A stretch of DNA of 64,000 nucleotides from Guillardia theta CCMP2712 (GCF_000315625.1 NW_005434566.1:68375-132374); one strand, 5' to 3'; positions 11,191 to 28,516 are shown, counted from the first letter of the stretch. Notes: generated by a model not told the origin, from the letters alone. Numbers and translations are program-made.

Positions 11191-11379
11191 ATAGATGTCT
11201 TCCATACGAAATAAATCTCCAAAGTCAGCATGTCCTGCTCACACGTTGTTGTCCTCACCATGGTGGTACAGCGTATGCAGAGAGCGAGAGATGTTCGGAA
11301 TCATAGATTTATCTAGTGCATGAAGTTAAGGGGACAGATGTTCTCTGACGAAAAACGTTTCGGTCATAGTCCAATGGAT

Positions 11380-12993
11380 TTAGTCGTAACGAATGCGGAA
11401 GTACTGGACCTCACCGTTGTTAAGATCCCTGTACCAGCAAGTCAGCATAACAGTCCCCACAGCTTCTCAGCAGCTCTACCTGCAGGTCATAATGTCGAAC
11501 TCTCCAACAATACCACGAGGAACGTGGCCAGTCTGGACCTGAGACTTTCCAGTGTAGATCTTCTTGAATCCAGTGTAGATGGTGTTTCCAGTGAAGTCTC
11601 CAGCGAGGTTGCGGTACCTGAGACACCAACGTGACCAGGTGGCTAGACAACTGCATTTCTCACCCTCTGAGGGTGCAGCGCATGTTATGGTTCAACTTCC
11701 CGTACACCCGGAGGTAGAAAGACTCCCCAGCGCGTGACTTCCTCACAGTGAAGGAGCCGCGGGTCTGAAGAAATTCAGATCAGCCATGGCCTTGTCATCA
11801 TTAGTCTTTAGCACCTCAAATCCCTTCTCGGTGAGCATGGAAGGAGCGAATCCAATGTTTGGCAAGCGAGCGACGATGGCAGAAGCACCTTCATCGCATA
11901 TCGTTCAGCACGCTAGCGGCGCATCGCAGCAGATGCTACCGTTGAAGTCAGGGGGTCCTGGAACTGGGGCAACAACAGTGGGGGGGACGTTTTCGAGGAT
12001 TCCGCCCTCAGGGTTTCCAGCAACGTCCTCCTGGCCTCCACGAACGACGAGAGACTGTCTGCGAGCCTTCATCTCACGAGCCTCCTGATCCCACGAAGAA
12101 CTTCAGCTTTGACAGCAATCAAGTGACAAGAAGGGCCTGCCAACCTGAGCATTGAGATTCATCAGAGTGACGGAGCCATCAGGGTCTTCAAAGTCCTGAA
12201 GTATATCGTTACCCTGGACAGAACATCCCCGGCAATGTCAACCTGTCTGGCTACAAGTGCGATCACGCCAACCAAAAGGAGCGCTGACGCCGCAGCTAAT
12301 TCACAAGTCAAAGATTGAAAGACTCCAGCTGTACAGGTTACCGATTCCAATCAGGAAGCTTGAAGATCGCTTTTTCGGAGATTCCTAAAAGAAACAATTA
12401 AAACATGCGAGATGACTTGTCACCGATTCATCAACATCAAACGAGATTGCTTCCAGAGGAATACATGCTTTCAACACCCTCGTTTGCATACAACCACGAG
12501 ACATGCTTAATGTCAACGAATATATGGTAAATGAAAATCTGAAACACTTTGAGCTATTTCCTTTCATCATCATATGCTGACAGTTTCAAACAATACACCG
12601 ACATGTGTAGCGATCATTTCCAAGTCTTGACATATAATCACAAAAATCAAAGAAATGGTGCTTGATTCGACAGATCGACCCTAAAAGGATTCCTACATTG
12701 CAATACATAAAACCTCAACTTGATTTCAAAATCAAACGATGATAAAACTTATCAAGCATGTCGCAAAGCAACGACACATTGTCATGCATAATAAAGCGCT
12801 GGCGAAGCATGGAAGAGGGTTGTAAGGGACAGGTTGAAGGGAGACAAAAGAAAGGCAAGACAGGAGCAGAGAAGAAAACAGAGGGCAAGATGGAGGAGGA
12901 AGAACAGAGACGGTGACGATGACGAGGAGGAGGACGATGAGGGGGAGGAGCTACCGCAGCATGTGGGAGGGACCCATAGGAGACGATCGCCAT
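11380..12993 (-). CDS. Multi-exon type II membrane-anchored hypothetical protein (~230 aa)
   Basis: Clean GT-AG splicing gives MAIVSYGSLPHAA|ESPKKRSSSFLIGIAAASALLLVGVIALVARQ...ESFYLRVYGKLNHNMRCTLRGYRNLAGDF...GEFDIMTCRDLNNGEVQYFRIRYD*. Confidence 0.8.
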
Positions 12994-13596
12994 GGCCCCT
13001 GACTCTTCGGGAACAGGCAGACGTTACTTTCCGTTATATCCGTTTCAAGAATTTATAGGCAGCAACACCGTTATAATCCGTTGTATTATCGTTACATTTG
13101 ATCGACGACGGTTATATGAGTGCTCTTTCCTTTTCGGGAAAGTTTGGGGAGAGGGATGGCGATAAGACAAGGAGAGGAAAGGAAAGGAGACGCGAAGACA
13201 ACGAGGGGGGAGAAGAGAACTGCAGTCAGTAGAAGACCTGCTTGTTGCAAGTAGTGAACAAGTTGCTCTACTCATAGAGTGAATGACACTTATGGGGTAT
13301 TGTAGTTTTGAGTTCTAGCGAGGTCTTGACGACAAGGAATAACTTCGATCAGAGGGAAGTTGTCGTTGGTGACAAGCAGCCCCCATGGAAGAGACGATGA
13401 GTGGGAGGCGACGAGAGGATGAGAGTTTAGGGTTAAGGAATGACGTAACCCGAATGACAAGAAATGGCTAGAGGGGATGTGGGAAGAGCACGAGCACGTA
13501 AAGGAGGAGGAGGAGGGGATGTATGTGATACCTGTTTGACGTGTTGGTGTTGGGTTGGATCAGATGAAGCGATCATCCGATGAGGGTCTTTCCGGC

Positions 13597-18372
<4,776 letters not shown>

Positions 18373-18546
18373 GAGAGCTGTAGAGACTGAGAGCAGTAGA
18401 AACAGATCGTCATGATTGTATTATAGCAAATCATCCTGCCCTATCTTAATTATCTTCGTCTTCCTCCTCCTCCTCCTTTCCTCCTCCTCCTTTCCTCCTC
18501 CTCTCCTCATTCCGCTGCTTCTCTTCCCCTTTCCTTCCTCCTGTCA

Positions 18547-21500
18547 CTAACTTGCCGTTCTGTTCTTGGGCGAGTCGGTTGCCTTGGAAAAATATCTGAC
18601 GGCCTTGTTGGCGACGCTCGAGAATCCGTCCCTGAGATCAAACGTGAAAGAGGGAGGAAGGGAGGAGAGGAGAGGAGAGGAGAGGAGAGGAGAGGAGAGG
18701 AGAGGAGAGGAGAGGAGAGGAGAGGAGAGGAGAGGAGAGGAGAGGAGAGGAGAGGAGAGGAGAGGAGAGGAGAGGAGAGGAGAGGAGAGGAGAGGAGAGG
18801 AGAGGAGAGGAGAGGACCCCGCGAGGAGAGGAGAGGAGAGGAGAGGAGAGGAGAGGAGAGGAGAGGTGATTTTGAGGAGAGGAGAGGATGGGGTTTAGCG
18901 CTCTTTGTCGGGGGGGGGGGGGTGNNNNNNNNNNNNNNNNNNNNNNNNNNNNNNNNNNNNNNNNNNNNNNNNNNNNNNNNNNNNNNNNNNNNNNNNNNNN
19001 NNNNNNNNNNNNNNNNNNNNNNNNNNNNNNNNNNNNNNNNNNNNNNNNNNNNNNNNNNNNNNNNNNNNNNNNNNNNNNNNNNNNNNNNNNNNNNNNNNNN
19101 NNNNNNNNNNNNNNNNNNNNNNNNNNNNNNNNNNNNNNNNNNNNNNNNNNNNNNNNNNNNNNNNNNNNNNNNNNNNNNNNNNNNNNNNNNNNNNNNNNNN
19201 NNNNNNNNNNNNNNNNNNNNNNNNNNNNNNNNNNNNNNNNNNNNNNNNNNNNNNNNNNNNNNNNNNNNNNNNNNNNNNNNNNNNNNNNNNNNNNNNNNNN
19301 NNNNNNNNNNNNNNNNNNNNNNNNNNNNNNNNNNNNNNNNNNNNNNNNNNNNNNNNNNNNNNNNNNNNNNNNNNNNNNNNNNNNNNNNNNNNNNNNNNNN
19401 NNNNNNNNNNNNNNNNNNNNNNNNNNNNNNNNNNNNNNNNNNNNNNNNNNNNNNNNNNNNNNNNNNNNNNNNNNNNNNNNNNNNNNNNNNNNNNNNNNNN
19501 NNNNNNNNNNNNNNNNNNNNNNNNNNNNNNNNNNNNNNNNNNNNNNNNNNNNNNNNNNNNNNNNNNNNNNNNNNNNNNNNNNNNNNNNNNNNNNNNNNNN
19601 NNNNNNNNNNNNNNNNNNNNNNNNNNNNNNNNNNNNNNNNNNNNNNNNNNNNNNNNNNNNNNNNNNNNNNNNNNNNNNNNNNNNNNNNNNNNNNNNNNNN
19701 NNNNNNNNNNNNNNNNNNNNNNNNNNNNNNNNNNNNNNNNNNNNNNNNNNNNNNNNNNNNNNNNNNNNNNNNNNNNNNNNNNNNNNNNNNNNNNNNNNNN
19801 NNNNNNNNNNNNNNNNNNNNNNNNNNNNNNNNNNNNNNNNNNNNNNNNNNNNNNNNNNNNNNNNNNNNNNNNNNNNNNNNNNNNNNNNNNNNNNNNNNNN
19901 NNNNNNNNNNNNNNNNNNNNNGGGAGGGAGGGAGGGAGGGAGGGAGGGGAGGGGGTAAGGGGAGGGGTCGGGGTCTCACCGATGAACAATCTTAAGAGAG
20001 TGAATGTATTCCAGAGCCTGCATGAGTTGCGACATGATACCGAGAGCATCTCGTTCCGAGAAGTGCCCTGAAGTATCATCAGCACATCAAGTCAAGTCAG
20101 CACACGCATGATCAGCACATCAAGTCAAGTCAGCACATGTATGATCAGCACATCAAGTCAAGTCAGCACATGTATGATCAGCACATCAAGTCAAGTCAGC
20201 ACATGTATGATCAGCACATCAAGTCACTTCTTGTCATCACCAGCAGCTGCATGTATGCTCACCTTTCTGAGAGTCGATGATACAATCCAGCAGAGCCCCA
20301 CCTGGCAGGAGTTCGAGGACGATGTAGAGGCTGCAGGTGAAGTTTCAAACTTCACAGCCCCGGCAGCTCCCAAGTTTCAAAGTTTCAGAGTTGTGAAACT
20401 TACTGGCTGTGCGTCTCGACAAACTCGCGCATGAAGACGATGTTTGGATGTTCTCCAACCCTTCGCTGTATCTCGATCTCCTCCTGCTCCCCGTCACCCC
20501 CACAAGAACGCGCTCCAACAACCATTTTACCCTGATGTCCTCCTGCCCCTTGGCATTCAGCCCGTCCTTGTTGATTTCTTTGAGCTGCCATCACCTCAAC
20601 TCTCCTCCTCTTCCTCCTTCGCCCTCCTCTTCCTCCTCCTTACCGCCCATGCCTTCCCCGTGTTTCGATCGATGCCTTTCCAGACGGTGGAAAACGAACT
20701 GCGACGGCAGCATCATCGAGGAGGAGAGAGGAGAGCGGCGGGTCACCCGGATCCGAGCATAGCCCTCTGCTCGTCCCTTTCGATGATGTACCTGCGCATG
20801 CGAGTCGGCCGACTTGTTGCCCATCCTCAGCGCTCACCCGTTGTCTATGTTGCTATGCACAGCCACCCATTGCAAATCTCGTATCCAAGCTTCGCGCTCC
20901 TCATTCGACTCCGCGTAAAACACATGCTGCAGTTACCAATCACCTCCCCCCTCCCTCCTCCCCTCCTCCTCCTCCTCCCCCCCTCCTCCTTCTCCTCCTC
21001 CTCCTCCCCTCCTCCTCCTCCTCCCCCTCCTCCTCCTCCCCCTCCTCCTCCTTTCATAGTACGTACAAGTCTCAACTCTTCATCTGCTTGTAACTTGGAT
21101 CCTTCACGCACGCGGGTATCGATGCTGAGAGGCATGCAAGAAGAGGTAGCAGAATCAGTCAACATCCATGCTCTCAACCCGCAAGCTCGACTGCTCCCAC
21201 TTCTCCACCGCCTCCTCCTGCTCACCCTATGGCATACGCTGGTCCTCCTTTCGCCAAGAGATCGTCGTCGGTAAGCAGCGCGTTGATCTCAACTCTGAGC
21301 GTCAGGCACGTCAGTGTGCAGCTGCGGGTCGGCTCGTGGACCTCTCCAACGAGATAGCCGTGCTCTTTTCTGTCGTCGTGTCCTCCGTGTGATAGCAGAA
21401 GAGAATGGCCGTGTGCCCCTGGGGATCAGCATCACGACAGTCGCTACCGGAATCACCAAGGCCTCGAGCGGTCACCAGCTCATCCCATCCTATCTTGCAC

Positions 21501-21645
21501 CACCTTCGGGTCCACATCTTGAGTCGCCTTCCTTTCTTCCTCAGCCAGCCTTTCCAGAAGATTGAGAACATAACTTGATGCAATGGTGAAACAAACCTTC
21601 TCTGCTGGGAGGATCGTTCTGAATCTTGAAGTGTGGAAGAACCAT
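18547..21645 (-). CDS. PH-domain-containing Ser/Thr protein kinase with a CAMK-like catalytic domain; part of it lies in the N gap
   Basis: EGWLRKKGRRLKMWTRRWCKI (PH beta1-2); LGSGSFSTVWKG, ALKEINK, IEIQRRVGEHPNIVFMREF, LYIVLELLPGGALLD, HFSERDALGIMSQLMQALEYIHSLKIVHR. Confidence 0.88.
20078..20226 (+). repeat. 33-bp minisatellite, about 4.5 copies, in a kinase intron
   Basis: (ATCAGCACATCAAGTCAAGTCAGCACATGTATG)n. Confidence 0.92.
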
Positions 21646-21904
21646 AGCTCTTTTATCTTGAGTCGTCCTCCTCTTCTTCACTTCCTCTTCCTCTTCTTCA
21701 CTTCCTCTTCCTCTTCTTCACTTCCTCTTCCTCTTCTTCACTTCCTCCACTTCCACTTCCTCTTCCTCTACGTTCTACCCACTGATTTCTCTTCTTCCTC
21801 CTTCCTCTCTCCTATCTTCTTTCTTCTTCTCCTCTCTTGCCCTCTTCCCTTCAGCTCTTCACCATTTTCGAGTTCCTTCACTCATCCCCCTCAGCCTCAT
21901 GCTG

Positions 21905-22430
21905 TTGAATACCGGACATAATACCGGACATCTGACCGGACATCATCCCGGCTGTTCAGTGAATACCGGACTGGACTCAGCATCCCGAGTCCCCGGCACT
22001 GCGGCGGCCTGCCCGGGCCCGGCTGGCCCGGGGGGCAGGCTGCGGCCCGGCCCGGCCCGGCCCGGCCCGGCCGTCACTGTTCAAGTTGTCTGCCCGCGGG
22101 GCCGGCCGCGGGGTCCAGCCGGTCGAGCCTCCGAGCGACGGTCGGACAGCGGCGCCGCGGTCGGGGCGGGCCGGGGCCTGCCCCGGCGGGCCCCCGGCGG
22201 CGCGGCACCGTGCCGGGCACGCCGCAAGTCCCGGGAGCCTCGGCGGGCCCGGAAGGAGCGACTCAGCGGCAGGCCGGGCCGGCCGTTGTGTCACGTCAGT
22301 GATCAGACAGCGTTCGACTCGGAATGGGGCCGCATGCCAGTCGGATCCGACGGACCGGCGAATTCTTTACTCAAAGTTAAGTGAAAGATCAGTACGAGCC
22401 AATTCAGTAGCCGGTCACTGCTGAGTCACG
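21905..22430. promoter_or_regulatory. GC/CCGG-rich island upstream of the kinase gene
   Basis: Dense CCGG/GGCC motifs and ACCGGACA repeats at the left edge; ~260 bp from the ATG at 21645 on the minus strand. Confidence 0.45.
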
Positions 22431-22634
22431 GTATCTCAATCATTTTTACAGGTATGCCCTTAGGTGCATGAATCGATGCGGTTTCAAATCTCCAAGGGCC
22501 ATATTTGAGTAAAGGTTAAGGCCCTTTGCAGCCTCTGATTTGAAAAGATCTAGTTTCGAATACAAAGGTTCCAGCCTGACTCCTTCACTCCTCCATTTCA
22601 TCCCTCCTCTCCTCCTCCTCCTCTTCATCTTCTG

Positions 22635-23056
22635 CCCACCGTCCTCCTGCCACGACGCTCCCTCCTCTAGCCTCCAATGTCCTCTCTCTCCCTCCCGCTC
22701 CCCCAGTGTGCGCCCTCCCTCCTTCCCGCCTCCACCGAGTCGTCCGCCCCCTCCCCAAGCAGCCGCATGTCGACCGGTCCCTCGCGCGCCAAGCAGCTCG
22801 CGTGCCTGCAGGCCTCCATCCGCCTGATCCAGTCGGGGAGGCCGGTGGTGGGAGCGACGGGAGAGTGGGTGCAGCTCGGGGGCTCAGCTTGCAGCCCGGC
22901 CATGCTCATCGACTAAGACAGCAGCCGCACGGGCGCTGAAGCCTCAGCTTGGAAGCGAGGAGAGAGGTGGAGGGGTGTAGAGTAAGGACCTGTTGTAGAC
23001 TATGTAGAATAAAGACACGATCTCAAGCGTATCTGCGTGCTCGGGGCCTTCGGAGG
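22635..23056 (+). repeat. Direct repeat, copy 1 (422 bp)
   Basis: Near-identical to 24096-24520. Confidence 0.93.
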
Positions 23057-24095
23057 CTCTCGCAGTCCGCCTTGGGGAGCCCACGTGTCGGGCGAGTCAC
23101 AGGGGGGCGGCAGGAGAGGGGGATAGACGGGGACACAGTACAGCAGGGCAGGGACAAGGGAATATCGGGGAGAGGAGGAGGGTACGGGGATGAGGAGGGG
23201 AGGATAGTAGGGCAGTCTGAGGGACAGGGCAGCCATCACTTGGGTATGGCCTTGCGGCTGCCCGGAGGGTCGTGAGCAAGGGAGTCAGGCAGAGAAGAGG
23301 GAGGGCGTGCAGACGCGTCAGCCATGAGGGCAGGGACCAGTGAGCCGGGGGATACAGCAGCAGCGGCGAGATGTCTAGGAGGATGGGGGCGCGAGGAGTC
23401 GGAGGCGAGGCGGACCAAGGCAGGGGGGAGGGAGAGTGTGTTTATTGAAGGCGTTGAGGTTGCGGGACTCGAGCCCGTCTGCGGGAGACGTCTGCCTGGG
23501 TAGAGCAGGACGCGCTCATGGAGGCTGGACGCCTCCAGCCCGGACGGCAGTCGAGCATCTCTCGCTCTCGGTCGGTCTTGTGTCCGCGGTCTTGTGTCCG
23601 CGGTTGCCGCGGAGCTCGGGCCGTGACCTGGTCGTCGACGACGGCATGGCAGCAAGCTCAGAGCCTGAGGGTAAGCGGCAGGACGGGAGCCTCCCTCACC
23701 TCACTCAAGAGGCTCAGGTCGCTCGCCGGCCTATCCTTCTGCATCAGGTGGGGAGAGGAGGAGCGTCGGCTGGGGCCCCGACAGGCGGGGGAGGAGCGAG
23801 AGGCTGCAAGCTAGGGGCCGTGTGGTGTTTTGACCCCCAGCGTAACTGCAGAGTCTGATTACTACAGGCAGCAGCCTCCGTTCTGAAGCGGTGTACTTTT
23901 AGAGCCCCGAGGGCCATGCTTGAGTAAAAAAGCAGCCTCCGTTTCTGAAAAGCTCTTGTTTTGGGGCGCCATAGCTGCTCCCGGACTCAGCCTGTCCGCG
24001 AAAAGACGTCTATTCCAATGAACCTCACCCTTACAGGCGCATTGGTATAACCCGTCAATATCTCCACGTCCACATCGTCCCCCTCCCACTATCCT

Positions 24096-24520
24096 CCCAC
24101 CGTCCTCCTGCCACGACGCTCACTCCCCTAGCCTCCAATGTCCTCTCTCTCCCTCCCGCTCCCCCAGTGTGCGCCCTCCCTCCTTCCCGCCTCCACCGAG
24201 TCGTCCGCCCCCTCCCCAAGCAGCCGCATGTCGACCGACGGTCCCTCGCGCGCCAAGCAGCTCGCGTGCCTGCAGGCCTCCATCCGCCTGATCCAGTCGG
24301 GGAGGCCGGTGGTGGGAGCGACGGGAGAGTGGGTGCAGCTCGGGGGCTCAGCTTGCAGCCCGGCCATGCTCATCGACTAAGACAGCAGCCGCACGGGCGC
24401 TGAAGCCTCAGCTTGGAAGCGAGGAGAGAGGTGGAGGGGTGTAGAGTAAGGACCTGTTGTAGACTATGTAGAATAAAGACACGATCTCAAGCGTATCTGC
24501 GTGCTCGGGGCCTTCGGAGG
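24096..24520 (+). repeat. Direct repeat, copy 2 (425 bp)
   Basis: Near-identical to 22635-23056, with a 3-nt insertion at ~24237. Confidence 0.93.
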
Positions 24521-24559
24521 TTCTGCTTTGCCCAGCTTTTGTTGTAGGGAATATCGGGG

Positions 24560-25812
24560 AGAGGAGAGGGGACGATAAGGGACGTTCGAGCTTTGTTTGA
24601 TCACACAGATGACCGACCATGCAATGCTGTCCGGACGGGAGAACAGCTACAAATCTACACGCGCTAGTGTTTGTCTTTACAGGACCACCTGCTGTGTTAT
24701 GTGTTGAACTGGCGGATGGCCACACAGCACCGCGTTTCGAGTATTTTTCAAGTGAGTTGGAATTCACACCATTTATGCAAGATCTAAGCTTCAATGCCAC
24801 AGCCACTCTACTTCATCAGGTGTAGATGTGCACTTGACTCGCAGTTTGCGAACATAACTTGTCCATTTTAGCTGTCCACTTCGATTCGTCGAACTGCTAC
24901 TAGCAGCTCCAATGTAAGAATGCATTTCGCTCCTTTTCGCTTCACTGTCCTGTCCGCTATTGCTGATCACCTTCCTTATGAATTGATGAAAACGCCACAT
25001 GAAGAACTTCATAGTTGTCAATCGTTTATCTTGGCCCTCCTGTCTCAGATCGTTTCCTCTCATACGTTTCAGCGGTGGAATTCCTTTTAGATCGCCGTTC
25101 TAATCGCTCCAGGCTGCCTCTTTTGCTCCTGCCTCGTCCGATACTCGTGCATCTTGCGGATCAACCCTCTGACCTTGGTACTGCTCTGCCTTCAGCTGCT
25201 GCACTGAATGAACTGGCTCTTCCTGTACTGATCCTGGCCGTTGAGATGCTTCCTCCTGCGGTTGTTGTACCTGCTGCGGTTGTTGTATTGGCTGTGGCTG
25301 CTGAAGCACGTGCAGGAGCTGCAGCAGTTGTAATTGTTGCTGAATTCTCTAACATCCGTTTCTGCATGTCCCACTCTTCCTGTTGCTCGTCATAAAGCTT
25401 TGTGGCAAATTCGAGCAGCAGCAGCAGCAGCAGCTGCTTTTTGTGTCTATCATTTTGTTGGTGAGAAGCTTCAAGCTGTTGTTGCAATAGGAAGGGACTT
25501 TCCTCATCCTTTCGCTGAGTTTGTTTCTGCATCTGCTGTTGATTGCATACCTCCATTTGATTTCTCAGCTTCTCTTGCAGAAGCTTGGTCTCTCCCTCTT
25601 TGTCTGCGTCTTGATCGTTCTCCTGCCTGGCATCCGTCTTTACCTTGGCGAATGCTGCAACGTTGCAGACTCGTCTAGTCTTGGTAGGACTCTCTGCAAC
25701 ATATTCCACAATCGATCCCGCTATTTGTGTTTCAGAGAGAGAAGGAACAACATTTGGGGTTTGCTGCTGTGCTGAAGCATTTGGTCGATTTGTTCCTTTT
25801 GGCCTCAGCATG
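24560..25812 (-). pseudogene. Decayed intronless ORF (Q/E-rich coiled-coil then a globular part), possibly gag-like and transposon-derived
   Basis: Consecutive minus-strand ORFs (25161-25922, 25100-25309, 24791-25063, 24408-24806) joined by frameshifts and stops, with no clear splice pattern. Confidence 0.35.
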
Positions 25813-25900
25813 GCCGCAGCCGCTGGATCGCAAGGTAGCCGTAAGAAACGCTTGTTCGGTTCACGATGCAAGGTTAGGAACAACGAATACCAACTGCATC

Positions 25901-26319
25901 CATGTACTGTCTGCTCCAGCATGTTTCATGTACTGTCTGCTCCAGCATGTTTCATGTACTGTCTGCTCCAGCATGTTTCATGTACTGTCTGCTCGAGCAT
26001 GTTTCATGTACTGTCTGCTCCAGCATGTTTCATGTACTGTCTGCTCGAGCATGTTTCATGTACTGTCTGCTCCAGCATGTTTCATGTACTGTCTGCTCCA
26101 GCATGTTTCATGTACTGTCTGCTCCAGCATGTTTCATGTACTGTCTGCTCCAGCATGTTTCATGTACTGTCTGCTCGAGCATGTTTCATGTACTGTCTGC
26201 TCCAGCATGTTTCATGTACTGTCTGCTCCAGCATGTTTCATGTACTGTCTGCTCCAGCATGTTTCATGTACTGTCTGCTCCAGCATGTTTCATGTACTGT
26301 CTGCTCCAGCATGTTTCAT
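25901..26319 (+). repeat. 26-bp minisatellite, about 16 copies
   Basis: (CATGTACTGTCTGCTC[C/G]AGCATGTTT)n. Confidence 0.95.
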
Positions 26320-26833
26320 CGTCTGTGCTTGTGAGAGGTGTGATGGGGCCAAAAGAATCTCTCGTTGGTAGGGGGGGTGGGTCCTATAAGGTGCAACAGG
26401 GTGCAACATGCTGGTTTGTAGGGGGGGTGGGTCCTATAAGGTGCAACAGGGTGCAACATGCTGTTCCACAGCATGTTGCTGTTCACAGTGATGGTGATGC
26501 AAGGTGAGAGGAGGAGGAGGAGGAGGAGGAGGAGGAGGAGGAGGAGGAGGAGGAGGAGATAATGAGAAGAGTCTGCAACTGGTAGAGATGTGGTGGAGGC
26601 AAGAGGAGTAGGAGGAGCAGTAGGATCATTGGGAGCAGGAGGTGCAGTGGAGGGAGCGAGAGCAAGAACATCGGTCAGGGCCAGGATGATGAAAATGAGG
26701 GGATGGCCAGACAAAGACGTGAAGCAAGAGGAGCAGAGGAGATAAAGCGAGCGTTAGGGTGCAAGTGCTAGGGAATGGTTCAGGGTCGGCAGAGGATTCA
26801 TGATTGTAGACCCTGTAGCCTCTCAGTGAGATC

Positions 26834-28516
26834 ATGGTTGTTTTGATGGTTGTCGCTAAGACGATCAGTGCAGGCCTGGCATATCAGTTTGCTCCTCATC
26901 ATGCTAGCGGCTCCGGGTACCTGAGCTCGTCGCTGAAGGCTCGTCCTGCCGTCTCCTGCTCTCCTCTTGGCCCTCGAGTTCAGAGGTCACGGGCGGCTCT
27001 TATCTTGCGTTCCCTAAAGGCATCAGCGCACAACGACAGGGTGGCGAGCTGGGAATTTCTTCATAGCAAGCTTCCGCTCTGCAAGCGACGCGCCAAAAAG
27101 GAGGAGGGGGAGCTTCAGTTTCATCGGGACGCCTCATGCGCCTCCTTGCAGGCAAGAAGCGTCTGGTTGGCGCTGATGGAGAAGGGGATAGCGTATCGGG
27201 AAGTGCTTGAAGGAGCAGAGCAGCAAGTTCCTTCGCTCGTCTTGGCATCGTCAAGAGCGACGGGCATGAAGGAATGCTTCGCTCTCCTCGAAGAACAGTT
27301 TCCTGACGTTCCTCTGCTGCCTCCCTCGGACCAGCAGCGCGCTCGCGTCCTCGCAATGGTGGATGCGGCAGAGAAGGTGATGGGTGAAGCAAGCTTCGCA
27401 AGAGGCTTCTGGAGAAGCGACCAGCAGCTCAAGTCTGCCTACAGCTCAGCATGCGACGTGCTGACAACCTGCGAGGGTCTGCTGGAGCAGGAGGGAGGAG
27501 ACTTGTTCGGGGCCGATGTCTTCACTCTCGCAGACGCGGCGTTCGCCCCCGTCCTTGAGGTCAGCGTCTTTGTGGAAGACCTCGTCCTCTTCCTTGGAGG
27601 AAAGACATCGAGCACCTTTCCTCGGGTTCGCGCATGGAAGAAGGCAATGGAGGAGAGGGTGTCGAGCTACGCCAGCCGCACGGGGAGCGACCTCGTATCG
27701 TTGATACTCGAGAGCAGCGAGCACGACGACGAGGAGACGAAGGCGATGCTGCAGAAGCTGCTGCTGCGCGACAGCTGGAAGGAGGTGATGAGCAGCAGGG
27801 AGAAACCAGTGTGGGTCTCCTTCACTCGACGCTACCCTTCGTTCGCAAAGAGCCCGCAGGTCGAGGCAGCAGCGGTTCTGATCGAGCAGCGAGCAGCACT
27901 GAGGAGGAGGATACATGAGAGCGTGCCTGAGGTCGTGGGGGGCAAGACAAGGATGAGGCAGGGGGGCGAGAGCGAGGAGGGAGACATGCCGTCTCTTGTT
28001 CTTCGCCTCCTCTCTTCCAGCATCCTCGACGCTCCTGACTATCAGACTGCTCCTACCTTCGCAAACATGTACCTCAGCACAGTCATGCAAGGTCGCACCC
28101 GTCTCACTTTCCCAGCACCTGAACAACTCAACCACCACCACCACCACCACCACCAACACCTCCTCCTCCTCCTCTTCCTCCTCCTCCTCCTCCTCCTCCT
28201 CCTTCTGCCCTTGTTCTGACCATCTTTACCTAGAGTTGTCGGAGGATGAGATCACTGAGCTTATCGAGGTGTTGACGTCTCCCTCTCTTTTGCCCTGTTA
28301 TCCTCTCGTCCTCCTCCTCCTCCTTCTCCTTGCCCCCTTCCTCCTTCTCTCCTTCTTCCTTCTTCTCTCCTCGCTCCTCATTGACTTATTTCCCTTCAGA
28401 TCCTCGATTTTCTCCGTTGCTCCATCGCTGCTCCACGAGATATGGGCTTCCTCCCAGTCCGCGCTCTTCGAGGTGAGGATGATGGAGATGATGGAGATGA
28501 TGATGATGATGATGGA

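Noticed and set aside
18888-20085. Long ORFs spanning N runs (also at 5680-5779, 14736-14835, 28835-29671, 32111-32210, 43634-43733 and 58084-58528)
   Set aside because: These are assembly gaps with no sequence information
21899-22424. Arg/Gly/Pro-rich ORFs in GC islands (also at 1757, 37544-37837, 40067-40499 and 53592-54462)
   Set aside because: They are stop-poor because of extreme GC content, are open in several frames, and show no splice or codon signal
22635-24520. Canonical LTR retrotransposon
   Set aside because: No TG...CA termini, TSD, PBS or pol motifs were found; kept only as a direct repeat
25901-26319. CRISPR array (also considered for 8575-8770, 20078-20226 and 35707-35828)
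   Set aside because: Units are head-to-tail with no unique spacers, there are no cas genes, and the context is eukaryotic
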